NCBI GenBank assembly: GCA_002189035.1
Contig: NEEC01000014.1
Coordinates: 496,001 to 560,000, forward strand
From: Utricularia gibba
Taxonomy: Eukaryota; Plantae; Magnoliophyta
Reading direction: 5' to 3'
Length of the DNA stretch: 64,000 bases
Part shown: positions 38,200-51,478 of the stretch, piece after piece
Position numbering within the stretch: the stretch's first letter is position 1
Layout: every line of letters starts with the position of its first letter
Translations under genes and position numbers: made by a program
The notes under the pieces: generated by a model
What the model saw: the letters and a program-made list of their open reading frames with translations, nothing else
The model's database searches: none
What the model was told of the DNA's origin: nothing

Positions 38200-39531
38200 A
38201 TGGATCCACACGGGGCACCGCCGCTTCGAAGCAGAAGCCTCGTAGTAAGAACACTACAGAAGGCCGTTCACCGGAGAACTGGCTCATCCGCATTCTGCTT
38301 CCCAATTCATCACCCAGATGAGATCGCCGAGAAACGATGCAGAGCAGCCATGGAAGCTTTCGTTTCGAAGCTTTTCGCCTCCGTGTCGTCGCTCAAGGCG
38401 GCTTACGCAGAGCTCCAGATCGCAACACAGTTCCTCGACGATCGACAGGCGTTTGAATCAGCGGACGAGCGGGTTGTCGATGAACTGCAGGCACTTTCTG
38501 AACTGAAGCGCAGGTTTGGGAAAGGGGAGATCGAGATCGACTCCACGCCGCCGTATGTGGCGGTTATGCTGTCGGAAGTTGAGGAGCAGCAGTCTCTGAT
38601 GAAGACTCATATGGTCCTGTTGAGAAAATTGCAGTTGGAGATGGAGAAAAAGGAGGGACAGATAGTGTTCCTGAGACGAAAGCTCTGTAAATTGTCTCAG
38701 AGCAATGCAGTGATGGCGGAGGAGTTGTCGAATTCCCCTGTTCTTGAAGGGGTAAGATTCGCTGACCTCAGTGTGAACCATTTCGTGGTTTTTTTGAACT
38801 ACGGGTTAAAATCTATCAAAAGCTTCGTTAAGTTTTTGATGAATAAAATGGCGTCATCAAATTGGGATTCCGATGAAGCTGTAAAAGCTATTTTACCAGG
38901 CCATTTACAGCTACTCAGAAACAGGGGACACGAAGCTTTCGTCTTTCAATCATTCGTCTGCCGGGAAATGTTCGCCGGATTCAGTAACCGGGGTTTTGGG
39001 TCCCAGAAAGATGAGCATTTCCCCGGAGAAACACTCGGGAGGCGCCGTTTCTTCTTCCAGCAGATTCAGGAGGCGCGATCAGTTCCCCAAAATCCAAACT
39101 CATCGCTTGGGAAGTTCTTGAGGCTTAAGTACCTACGAATAATTCACCCCAAGATGGAATTATCTCTTTTCGGCAATCTCAACCAGAGAACGACAGTGGA
39201 TTCCGGCGAATTCCCGCCCACAGAGCTTTTCGAGAAGTTGGCGGAAATGGGGCGGAGGATTTGGCTTCTACATCGCCTCGCATTCTCAGTCGCCGATAAA
39301 GTTGGGATCTTCGAACCCAAACGGGGATCCAGATTTTCGCCAGTATTTATGGAAAATGTCGCCAAAGATGTAATCTCCAGTTGTGACGGGGTGGAACACA
39401 GGGTGGGGTTCACGGTAGTTCCCGGATTCAAGCTCCGGCGGACGGTGGTGCAGAGCCAGGTGTACCTACAGTCCTACACTCCCCGAAAATTTCGTCCTGA
39501 TTGTCCCCGCCACGTGGCTGTCGAATATTAA
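38200..39531 (+). CDS. DUF641 protein (GIL1/IRK-interacting-like), intronless
   Basis: KLFASVSSLKAAYAELQ, coiled coil, KYLRIIHPKMELSLFGNLNQR, WLLHRLAFS, VGFTVVPGFK...VQSQVYL. Confidence 0.88.
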   Translation: MDPHGAPPLRSRSLVVRTLQKAVHRRTGSSAFCFPIHHPDEIAEKRCRAAMEAFVSKLFASVSSLKAAYAELQIATQFLDDRQAFESADERVVDELQALSELKRRFGKGEIEIDSTPPYVAVMLSEVEEQQSLMKTHMVLLRKLQLEMEKKEGQIVFLRRKLCKLSQSNAVMAEELSNSPVLEGVRFADLSVNHFVVFLNYGLKSIKSFVKFLMNKMASSNWDSDEAVKAILPGHLQLLRNRGHEAFVFQSFVCREMFAGFSNRGFGSQKDEHFPGETLGRRRFFFQQIQEARSVPQNPNSSLGKFLRLKYLRIIHPKMELSLFGNLNQRTTVDSGEFPPTELFEKLAEMGRRIWLLHRLAFSVADKVGIFEPKRGSRFSPVFMENVAKDVISSCDGVEHRVGFTVVPGFKLRRTVVQSQVYLQSYTPRKFRPDCPRHVAVEY

Positions 39532-40858
39532 ATGGAGGGATCGTACCAAATTTTGCCGTTGAATTTTCATCGTCAAGAAAAAGAATTCAAATTTTCAAAA
39601 TAATCATTTTAACAAATTTAAAGAAACAAAATAATTTAAAGATAACTAGACTATTAATTTATAGATACTATTATCTAAAATAAAATAAAATCACCACATA
39701 TATTACCTTTATTAAAAAGATTAATAGAATAAATTGATTATTAACAATACTCATTAATACCAAACACAGATACAATATGATATATAGTTTTTTACTATTG
39801 AGTCACGTGGGAATATCATGCCCCGGTCTGATAGGGTGAAGGCAAAGCCACAAGTAAAAAAAGTAAGTCGGTGGGCGAGGTTGATCATTAGTTTTAACGT
39901 GCGGAAAACGTGCTTCTCCAGAAATAGCGATATCTTCTTACCAAAAGCAATGTTCCCCATCCCCACATCAACCTTCCTACACATTAAATTCCTTTTATTA
40001 TTATTATTACAGCAGTAAAATAATGTTACAAGGGGTTGTAAAACGCAGAGAAAATTGATTTATTTTATTATTTTATTATTTGAGTCTCCTTTTGGAAAAT
40101 GTGAATACGGATTTGGGGAGGGTTAGTCAACAAAGTATGCCGAATCAGGCGCCTAACACACAAAGACGGTTCGTGGCCTAACAAACGGTGTTGGTGAGGA
40201 GATACGGCACGGCACCAACCCTCCCCACGCACATACATATACATGTATTGAAATTTTAATACATGTGAAACCCGAGTTTATAATAGTTAAAATGTGGTTA
40301 GTAGTATTTAAATTAGGGATCTGATTGATTAGATAAGCATACGTTAAACTCAAGTACACGTTAAATTCGATAGATTGAGTGAATACATGTTAAGGTCAAT
40401 GATCACAAAAGATTATATTGAACCAAACCAAACATATTTAAAATTCTATTTAAAAATATCAATTAAATCGAACTACATATGATTTTCATTTGGACCGTTC
40501 GCCTTCCGACAGCGCGACTTGAGCCGGCGACCATGCCCTTGGTCGCACATGCTATCGGAAGTTATCCTTTATGGTGGTTTCACACTACCCAGCAGTAGGG
40601 TTTTGCTCCAGTCTAATAAAATAGATAATTAATTATTTAAAATCTGCAAAATAACGTCTTAAGCATGCACAAGTAAGCAATCGCACCTACGAAATGATGG
40701 GCACTATTGATTGCTTGCATGTCCTAAGCAAGAAAAAAAAAAAGATAGAATTTTTTTCTTGCATATACATTTTTTTTCTCCAAATATCTTCTATTGCTGC
40801 AGAACGAACGAACACACCACCACATGAATCAAAAAGGGTATCAGGGCTGTTGTCGTCG

Positions 40859-41100
40859 CTAATGGCCTACGCCAGGGCTGGGAACGGATCGGAGAATCCG
40901 TTCCGCGGTAGGGAGGCGGGGGCGATCGGCGGCCAGGAGCTTCTCCCCTGCGGCGGCGGCGGCGGCGATGGTTCCCTCGGGAAGGGCTGGAAGGAGGACC
41001 CCTCGTCCAGCATCGGAGCACGCAGATTCCGGCAGTGGGTCGCCGTGAAGCATAGCGAAAGGGTGAGGAGGAAGGTGAAGTAGTGCGTGGTGCAGGCCAT
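40859..41100 (-). CDS. CEP: Group II CEP peptide-hormone precursor (apparent 1-nt frameshift at 40999-41002)
   Basis: Signal peptide MACTTHYFTFLLTLSLCFTATHC is in one frame. LLPALPEGTI...EKLLA...ERILRSVPSPGVGH* is in the -1 frame. One extra G joins them into 80 aa. Confidence 0.85.
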
Positions 41101-42691
41101 GGGAACGGATGTTGAAATGGAGAGGAGAATAGGGAGGAAGTAAGTATGTAGAAGAAAACCCAGACCAAGACTCAGACCCAGACCCAGACCCAGACCAGAG
41201 AGCGCGTGAGGAACAAGACGGGCGCTTGGAGCTTACGCCTGCTGGGAAAAAGTCAAACACGGAAGAAAAACCTCAATTCGCAGTACTTGAGGAATCTATT
41301 TTCAACTAGGGATCATTGCTTTTGAATGTGTTTTACCCAATAAAAATTGAATAAATCATCTTTCAATATTCATATATTAAATATTAAATCATATTTTAGA
41401 AATAAAAAATATTTTCACATTTTTGGAACACAAGTCAATTATTATAAAAGTAGAATATTTTAAAATAAGAATATACGAATTTCCAAAGTCATGGAAGACG
41501 AGCGTGGAAAATTGATGCTGGTGAGAGAATGGAATGCAGTTTGTCCCACCTGTCTCTCGCTCACCTTGTCGGAATACGAGGTGGTTGTCCACACATAATC
41601 ATGTCGTTGGGCATTGAAAGAAAACTTGAGTCTTGCGGCGTCTTTCGCAGTACATCAGTGTGAATTTCGCCGTGCTCCGATCGATCGGGGCATCCGGAAA
41701 GAATCCACCGGGAGACGGAGCTGGAAACCCTCCCTAGGATTCTCAGAGGGCTTGGGCCTCTTGCTTATCGGGCCTCCGGGTGGACAGTGGGCCTTCGGAA
41801 ACCTCGTCCAATCATCAATCACGTAAACAAGAACGAGGGGGGACACGTGGACATCTGTTTCTTTAAAAATGCATAGCCGCGTCGCCGTGTCGAAGAGATT
41901 CACAAGTTGGATTAGGAAAGTTCGCGGACGGTGTCGGGTGACCAAAGTGGAAATTAAAAATTCACGTAATAAAAAACCACCGCACGTGCCGCTCTATGAA
42001 CCTAAGTCAAAAAACCTTTGATACACCTTAAAAACATATCTTACTTTTTGTAATATTAAAATTCAATTCACTTCCAAATCATGATTCAACATGAGAATAG
42101 ATTGATTTCGTCTAAATATTTTTAATATTATAAAATAATATATTTAAATAATAATATAATTTTTAAAATATAATTAAAATTTTCAACCCATTTTAAAATT
42201 TTTGAAAGTAAAGAGGCAACCAAACGGTGCCAATAATTGTAAGTAGCTACGTGTTACTGGGAAGCTCAACTGGTTGTTTTTTTGCCCTTAAGGGTTGACT
42301 CTGTCGGAAACGCCTCTTCGTTGCATATATATGTGTGTGTTTTTGTGTGCCCGTACGAGGATCCCAAGAGCTCTGTAGAAGGGAGAAGAGCTTTTGAGAT
42401 AAGTTGCGTTGGGTATGCGGAGCGGCGACGTGGTTCGTCTTGTGTTGCCGTGGGATTTGGGTCTTCTGTTGGTAAAGTCAAGCTTAAGTTAATGTGATAA
42501 TGCTTTTGTTTTGTCGCCAACTTCCCGTCTGTGGCAGCAAGGATCCGAGCCCTCTCGCTACATGGCCTCCTGGCGTTGACCCATGACTTCCTGTTGTATT
42601 GACAGGATTTTGGATCGTTGTGGAAGCTGAGGTTACTGTGCTGCGGGGAAGGTATTTGATGAAATTCCTGCAAGGAGAGTTTGAGTGTCGG

Positions 42692-43946
42692 ATGGAATCT
42701 GATATGAGTATGTATTGCGAGGAAGCTTATGGCTACCATTTCCAAGCTGAAAATCGAGAGAGAGTGAACCCATCTTCTTCTTCCCTGTACTTCAACGGCC
42801 GTGTTGAAATTGAGGATTGGGGGATTGAATCAAAGCATATTAGCAATGATCAACTCGTTTTGGATGACGAGAAAGGAAAACTTGAGATGATTTCCACTTT
42901 AAACAAAGGCAAGAAATCCGTGGTTAAGGAGGCGAAAACAGTGGCTGCCATGAAGAGCCACAGTGAAGCTGAAAGAAGAAGAAGAGAAAGAATCAATGCT
43001 CATTTGCTAACGCTTAGAGATCTCATTCCACACGATGAAAAGGTTAGCTAAATGTTGTGTTCTTAGCTTTTTTTTTAACCATGTTTTGCTTCTTGTTCAC
43101 TCCCTCCAATTATGAAAAATGTTAACTCGAAAACTGCATTTCCCATCTTGTTCCTGCCTCTTGAGTTTTACAATCCTGGATTCATGAATGCTTGTGGAGG
43201 GGAAGGAACAATTACAAAGTAGTGGTCACCGTCTTCTTCATATATTTTATGTGTAGCCTTGTTTACGGTCATGTGAGTTGCAGATAGAGGTCATTTTCCA
43301 GTGATGAATAATGCAATGTTATGTCGTGTTTGTCAACTGATTAAAGGGGAAGCTAGTATTTTTAATCCTTGAGTTGTCCATAGGGAAGGCATTGACTCCC
43401 ATATTTTCTTTTTTCATTTCTTTCGTTGTTACTTCTTTCCGTGCCAACTTAGTCTCTAAGAGGATGGTTTTCTTATTACTAGATGGACAAAGCAACTTTG
43501 CTGGCTGAAGTGATCAACCAAGTGAAGCAGCTTAAAACAACCGCAACACAAGCTTGCAAGGACCAGCACATTCCGATGGACTCCGATGAGGTCAAAGTAG
43601 AGATCCTATCGGACGAAACACTCAACGATGGCCATCTACTAATCCAGGCTTCGCTCTGCTGCGACTACAGGCCGGATCTGGTCTCAAATATTCGCAAAGC
43701 AATCAGTGAACTCTCCCTGACGATCCTCAAGTGCGAGATATGCACCTTGGGGAGCCGCATCAAGAGCGTCCTCTTGATCGCGCCTCACGGCGGCGAGAAC
43801 ACCGCGGCGGCGGCGTCTGTCCGCAGCGCATTGAGCAGCATCCTCAGTAGTGTATCTGCATCGGCTGTCTATGATCAGGAACTCGTGTACCCCAGAAAAG
43901 GCGGCGCCCCTCCTTGGCCGATTCTTCTTCCGATCACGCACATTAA
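42692..43946 (+). CDS. bHLH transcription factor (bHLH30-like, ACT-like C-terminus), 2 exons
   Basis: SHSEAERRRRERINAHLLTLRDLIP|MDKATLLAEVINQVKQL, PMDSDEVKVE, ASLCCDYRPDL. One extra A at 43896-43899 gives the family-like end PRKRRRPSLADSSSDHAH*. Start codon is uncertain. Confidence 0.9.
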
Positions 43947-44311
43947 CATCCGATGGACGGGAGGAGATCCGAGATGGATTCTTGCATCCGGTCGGCCAAA
44001 ATACCCGAACCGACCGGTTCGGTGTTGGTTTCATTAGTTTTTTTTACTAAACAAGATTAATTAATTAACCCAATCATTAAACATGGTATTTTTTATTTTT
44101 TTTACATGAAGAAATTAACTGGTAAATATTCAAACGGAAACCCGATTTAGGATCCAAATCGTTAACGGGTATGGGGAGCGTGAATGGCTGGGTGTGTCTT
44201 CCTCCGCAACAAGCGGAATCCGGTGATGGTATAGAATCCTTCTACGCGCCCCAAAAGCAAAAACGGAAAGAAAGAATCCCTAGCAAAGATAATGCGTCGG
44301 AGGAGGATTGA

Positions 44312-45098
<787 letters not shown>

Positions 45099-45994
45099 CG
45101 CGGCTGTCGTGGGAATCGAGCTCGCTCGCCCGCTCATTATTGTATCACGACGTAGCTCTGTATATGCATCACAAATCCACCTCACGTCTGTGTTACTTGA
45201 ATTTGCAATTAAATTGTACAAATATCCCAGACAAAAAGACAATTAATTCTAGTAATGAATTTGATCAATTAAATAAATTTTAGAATGATTTATATTGATT
45301 TTGAACAAATAATTTTTACAATACATTTACAAACATTACAAATAAGTGTAATTAAATTAAAATTTCTAAATTTTATAAATCCAAAAATGATTGGTTGTAA
45401 TGATATCAAATTGTATAAGACGATAAAACATCATCAGCTTGTGGGGCCCGGGAAGCCACCTTATGTTGTAAGAACACCGCAACGGGCCCCACAATGTCTT
45501 GGGCGTTGCCTTGTCCCCCGGAAGCCTCTGCCTCTCCTCCGGGCGGCCCCCCGTCTCTTCCACTCGTACGGTCACCGTCTCCATAATGTTCCCCTCTCGC
45601 GCTACGTGAGGTCCCTTTTCCGGAATTTACAACACAAGTTAATGAAATTGAAACTCGAATTCGCTCTGATCAACTCTCAAATCAACTAAATCATGTGTTA
45701 CTCTACTTGTTTGGGCACACCATACCCATACTAAATCAACCCTTTTTAATCTTTACTCTACTTTCTTCTAATCTCTTGGTATATACATTCAATATATTTG
45801 ATAGCTTTTGTTTTCTTTTTCTTCTTCTTATTGATGTCTCCGGGTCCCTCTGTCTCCAAACCGGAATGCCATTAATCCCATGTGTCCCCTTCCCGGGAAT
45901 ACCAACTCGGACATCCCCCACGTTATCAAAAAAGCAACACCCAACACTTTCCCCATTCCTCTATTCCATTCAAACCTTGGCTTACTACAAGCTC

Positions 45995-46097
45995 ACCCCC
46001 AATAGTCGAAATAAACGAGTAGAATTCCGGTCGTTTACCCCCAATAGTCGAAAAAAACGAGTCGAATTTGACCCGAATTTGATCCGAATTTGACCCG
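45995..46097. repeat. Short nested direct repeats (32-bp unit x2, 11-bp unit x3)
   Basis: ACCCCCAATAGTCGAAAwAAACGAGTmGAATT at 45995 and 46037; CGAATTTGAyC three times at 46063-46095. Confidence 0.7.
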
Positions 46098-46762
46098 TTA
46101 CCAATCGAATCGAGCCTTGCAACAAGCACGTTAGGCGAGTAACGTGGTCACAATAGAGTAACGTGGTCTTTCAAATTGAAATTTAATAATCATTATTATT
46201 GGTTTTTCTTTTTTTGAAAAATAAAACTAAGTTAGGTGCAACTCCCCCGTTAAATGAGTAGGGAGACCAAGGACAGCTGCCACCTGTTGCTTTGCTTATT
46301 GTAAAAAAAAAAGACAAAATCTAATTCTAATAATTATTCAATTTTTTATTTTTTTAATATAAAATAGTTAGATTGTGATTACAAAATTTGAGCGGTATAG
46401 TTATTTCAACTAATTAATATTATTTAAAATATTGAATTAACAATTTGAAATTTTAGTTTTATTCGAAATATGATATGTTTGGATTTTTACTATTTTTAAT
46501 TTATATTTTTATTATCTAAAATATTGTAAATTACGTAATTGAGTTTTCATAAGGTTATTGGAACTATATAATTATGGTGATTATGATTTGATAAGGAGGA
46601 ACATTAATGTGTTTCATAATGAATTTAAATTTTTTTTTTTTTTAAAAAGCACGAGATCGACCGGCGAACATGAAGCCTCCATGACCCAACGGTGACCGTC
46701 GATGAGTCTATATAAAGCAAGCACACGCCGTTGGATCTCACCATCAAACTGCTGCTCTTCAC

Positions 46763-47434
46763 ATGGCTGCAACTCTCTACCTCTTCGTGGCTCTCCCGCT
46801 CCTTCTCTCGGTTCATTCGCAAGCCCGAGAGCCGCAGTTCTTCAGCAAGGATACCGCCGCCGCGGTCGTTGCCGGAACGGAGCATCCGATCAACGGGCAA
46901 GCCTGGGAACCCGCCTTCCGCCCTGAGGATACCGACGGCTACCGCCCCGATCGACGAGTGCCGGAACCTCATGACGCTCCAATAGGTTATACATTTGAAA
47001 TTTGGAATTAGAAAGGAATCCCTTTGACTGGATTGGGGTAATTCTTGGAAGTATTTGGTGCAGATTTGGACAGGGATTCGCAGTTTTCGAGCGGTCGAAA
47101 GCCTGAGAACCCGGCAGACAGATTCATCTTCGACCACTTGGGCGCCGGAAGCAGCTTCAACAGCGGTCCTGAGGCGTTCCGGGGCGGGTACTCGCGGCCG
47201 CAGGGGATGAGCGACACGCGGTCGCTGGATAACGGGAGGTACTTCTACGATGTGAACACCGAGAAGTTCAACAGCAACCATCCGTACGAGGTGATGAAGG
47301 CGGCGGCGGATGCCGGCGAGAACAGGTACAGTTACTACGGCGGAGGATACCGGAGGAGCTACGGTGGGAACGCGTACTCCGGCGAGGGAAACCCATTCAA
47401 TCCCAATGAAGACAAGTACGGTAACTGGCCTTGA
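46763..47434 (+). CDS. E6-like secreted protein, predicted intron 46986-47063
   Basis: Signal peptide then AREPQFFSK; hallmark QGMSDTRSLDNGRYFYD; Y/N/G-rich tail. Confidence 0.78.
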
Positions 47435-47865
47435 AGTCACCCGTTCGATGCGCTTTTCACCTTTTACCGCTCTGGTAAAGAAATATTTACTGTTCGAGAG
47501 AGCGCTTGTTACTTCACTATGAGAATACATAACGAATTTATTTATTTACTTGGATTTCCGTCCACTATAAAAAATATTACTAATACAAAATATGAAATTG
47601 TAAATATGACGTCATCCGTTGGGAGCGAATCTGTATATACAAAATTTATTTTTTGAATTTTCGAAACAATAAATTAAAAAAAATATATAATGTCTATGTT
47701 TATTTGCATAATATTTAATATTTTGGAAAGAAATCTAATATTTATATACGATATGGTATGTGATTATGGAAACACTCAAGAGTATATATCTGCTTGTTGG
47801 TTGGCATTGGTGGATATTTCGGCGGTCGGAAGGGGAATCCTGCAGTATTTTTCTCGCCGGAAGAG

Positions 47866-48962
47866 ATGAAAACTTTGAAAAGGGGCGACGACTGCTTTGA
47901 GAGTTTATCTCTTGATCTCCGCGTTGAAATCCTCGTGAGGCTACCCTTCAAGGAAATTCTGAGACTCCGGTGTGTTTCCAAATCATGGCGCTCGCTGATC
48001 GACGGCCGGGATTGCATCAGCGCTCATCTCGCTCTTACGAAAACCCGCCCTGGTTTCAACCGCCAGTTTGTGGTAACGCTGACATTCCTTTAGGATTTGG
48101 GAAATCATAAAGGTTATTCCTTTTTCTGTTTGAATGGTAGGTGATCGATGAAGATCGTTCGAGGGTTAGACGATTGCCGTCGACAGATGCGTGTGAGTTC
48201 GCTTTCGATCGAAAAGTAAAGGCAATGGCGATTGTGGGTTGCTGCAATGGCATCGTCTGTGTCTCGGTTTGCATCAACCGGATGTGCCGGTTTTGGCTAT
48301 GGAACCCATCGACGAGGGAGTCGAACTTGTTGCCGGTGGGGCGCGGCGGCATCGGGGGTTTGTACAACTACAGCTACGGCTTCGGTTTCGACTCGTCGAA
48401 CGCAAACTACAAGATCGTCTCCACATCCAGCACCCATGCACTGTTTGGCGGCAGGATCACTCGAGTCTACAGTTCAAAATCAAAGTCATGGAAAACCCTA
48501 GCCTCCCAGGGGAACGCTGGCCGTGTGAACAACGGACAGGGGAAGCTGTACGCCGGAAAGCTGCACTGGTTCAGGACAGATGGGTTCGAGTACGCCACTC
48601 GCCGGAGCGATTTCGTGGACCTGGTTTCGTTTGATCTGAACAGCGAGGAATGGGGGAGCATCCCGTGCCCGCAGTGGGGAGACGATGGGTACGCAAATGC
48701 GGCACTCTCGATGTACGGAGGGGAGTATCTTCACGTTGTATCTGAAACTCCTGTTGGAGACCATGATGTTTGGGTTTGGAACGGGATGAGCTGGGAGAGA
48801 AGGTTTAAAGTTGGGCGCTGCAACTGGTTTAGATTCAAAGTAGGGCCATTTCAGAAGGCTTTTCTGGTTCATGATGATGAGCAAGGCGAGCTCGAGAAGA
48901 CCTTGGGATCCCCATATGACATTGACGTTCTCACAGAGGAGAGCTTGGTGCGATTGTCGTGA
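47866..48962 (+). CDS. F-box protein with F-box-associated domain, predicted intron 48073-48140
   Basis: LSLDLRVEILVRLPFKEILRLRCVSKSWRSLI; VGCCNGIVC, LWNPSTRE, YGFGFDSSNANYKIV, VYSSKSKSWK, GKLHWF, LVSFDLNSEEW. Confidence 0.87.
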
Positions 48963-49260
48963 TGAGACCAAGCAAAAATTTTGTCTTTTTTTGTTCGTTG
49001 TTGTCCTTGTTAGTTCACAATTCACATTGAATTTGCAATAGAAAGAAACTACTGGTTTGAGAAGGAGATGAGCGAAGAAGGCTGCTGATGCGTTGTAGCT
49101 TTGGGCTTGAGGATTGTTTAAGGCCCATGAGTTTTGTCAATTGGGCCCAAACTGAAAACGGTGATGGTCGTCTTCAGTCTTCACGTTGGAGGAGCGAATA
49201 GTTAAGCCCGAAGGAGCGTTTCCCCTCGTATCTCTGAGTCCTCGTCGAACTGCGGTCGTT

Positions 49261-49928
49261 ATGGCAGCTGCAGCCGCCGTTGCCGGAAGGTCGTTACTGC
49301 GATCTTCGGGCGTATCAAGTCGCGTATCGACGACTGCGAGGTTCGCTGCGGGCGTCAAGCCGAGAACTTCTCTGTCTCCGTCCCTTCGGAATCCGCTCTC
49401 GCCGTGCGTTTTCAGGTTCTGTTGCTATGAATTCGCCTTTTTTGCTGCGTTTCGTAGTTGTTGATACCTGCATTCTGTGGGTTTGTTTATTGATTGATTG
49501 GGGGATTACCGAATTAGGTCACCGCTGGAGATGAGCCGTATCTGCGCTGTTTCTCTATTGCCTTATCATAGTGCTACTGCCTCCTCTGTGCTTATTTCCA
49601 TGCTTTCAGTTTCTCCTCGTGGCCGTGCCTGGATCATTGAAGGTAACTATCTTCTTTCAGAACATCAGCATCTTCAATTTGCTACTAAATTGCAAAAGTT
49701 GGGCTTTGGGATTTGCATGTCTTTCAAGATTGAAACTTTGCATCTTTATACCTTTTGATATTATTCTGCTTTGGAGCTTTGTTGATAGTTCTGGGAGTGG
49801 GTTATGAAATTACTGGCCATCATTTGAAGAATTGTTCTCTCTGCATCCTTACAGCTAAAGATGATGCATAGTCTGTGCGAATCATGCCTAATGTTTGGTA
49901 TTCATCAGATTCCCTGGATGATTTATGA
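49261..49928 (+). CDS. NFD6: NUCLEAR FUSION DEFECTIVE 6-like small organellar protein
   Basis: Ala/Arg/Ser transit-like exon 1, exon 2 RSPLEMS...SLLPYHSATASSVLISMLSVS...W, and short terminal exon candidates. Confidence 0.75.
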
Positions 49929-50269
49929 AGCAGTTTTGGGTGGTTCCCTTTCCCTCCCCTGACGAGGTCATGATGATCAGCAGTTGTTTAGTTTCTTGTT
50001 AATCTCCTTATCACCAAAAGCATCCTCATTGTATTGAGAATTCATCACTGATGGTGAAATTTCAGAACTTTCTTGCACAATGCTGCATCTTGCGAGCACC
50101 CCAAACGAATAAGTCTTGGCAATTCCTTCTCTTTGATTTACCATAAAACAAGTTAATCCAAGACCATTTATCACTCGAAGACTTGCTCTTGGCCTTGTGA
50201 AACTTAAAATGAGCAACAGGATCAGATTAAACCAACAGCAACAAAGCTTATCAATTTTGCGGTTCCATC

Positions 50270-50900
50270 TCATAGATTGTTGTCATCCTTCACAGAAAAT
50301 GGAGAGGGTTCAGGGAGCTGCCCCCATTTATCGACGGCCAGCCTCATAGAGCACTTGAGCATGTAGATTCTTGCGTTCTGGAGAATAGCAGTATTTCCAG
50401 TCTTCATCAGCTCAACTGCAGAATCATTTCATTCCATGATTGGACAGAAGCATAAGTATTATGATGTATAACAGCATAAGAATGCGGATTGAAACAACTT
50501 TTGGATGTTCCACCGGAATAAGCAGGAGCCTTTGAGATAACCCTAGCTTGTCTAACCAAATGTTCACAGGAAAGAAGCTCGGGGATCAGTTCTTATAAAA
50601 GATGCGGCCTTTCCACAACAGATGTTCCAACTACACGGTGTATGAAGAGAACCAGAAGGGTAATAAAGCATTTGTGCATTGATCATTTCAAGCAGTAAAA
50701 AAATTCATCCAGTTTCATCACCCATGAGGCACTCTGCAATTTTCGAATTTTGATTTTCCGGCCCATGAAAATTCTGATCTCGAGTCTTCTTCTTACTCAC
50801 TACTGCGAAAATCCTCACCTGACAGCATACCCCATGTGTGCCCCGTTTCAGACTGTCGATTTTAACAAAAACCCGCTTCCGCAGGGTTGTCGTGCCAAAT
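50270..50900 (-). pseudogene. Decayed OB-fold nucleic-acid-binding gene (At4g28440-like)
   Basis: LRKRVFVKIDSLKRGT...KIAECLMGDETG* followed by a frameshift, a second TGA and a lost donor. Exon 2 VELMKTGNTAILQNARI...SMRLAVDKWG...VKDDNNL* is truncated. Confidence 0.82.
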
Positions 50901-51478
50901 GCCAGCGGCGGATCCACGCCGATTGGCTGCCCTCGGTGACGCTTTGGGATCCATACGAAAGTGGGCGAAAAGAAAAATAATTCGTATCTCGGGTTCACCA
51001 TAACCTGAATCAATTTCGGGTTCAACAAAAACCCTAATGTCCCAATTGGAAAGCAAGCTTGATTTGGAAACTATAAACGACGCCGTCTCATTCACCTTGA
51101 ATTGGAGCGTTCCGTTTTCGGCTTCTTTTGAAATTCCCACAAGTCGATGACATGCCCGCTCATTTACAAATTTACCTTTTTGTTCTTTATATTCAACACA
51201 TTAAAATAAATAGAATAATATTAAAATGATCAATTTCCTTATACATATATATTATATTATAGGATGGTCATTTTTTTTCTAAATTATCTCTATTTTCTGT
51301 ATTTTTTTATAAATTTGAATTTAGATTTTAATGAAAATCAATTTTTTTATCCAACAAAACAAATTAAAGCAATTTGGTAGTCTATTATAGTTATTATTTT
51401 AGTATTAATTATCAGAAATATAGATAAAAAACCATTCCAATTAATATGAAAATGAACAGCAGCTTGGAGCTTCTTTAA

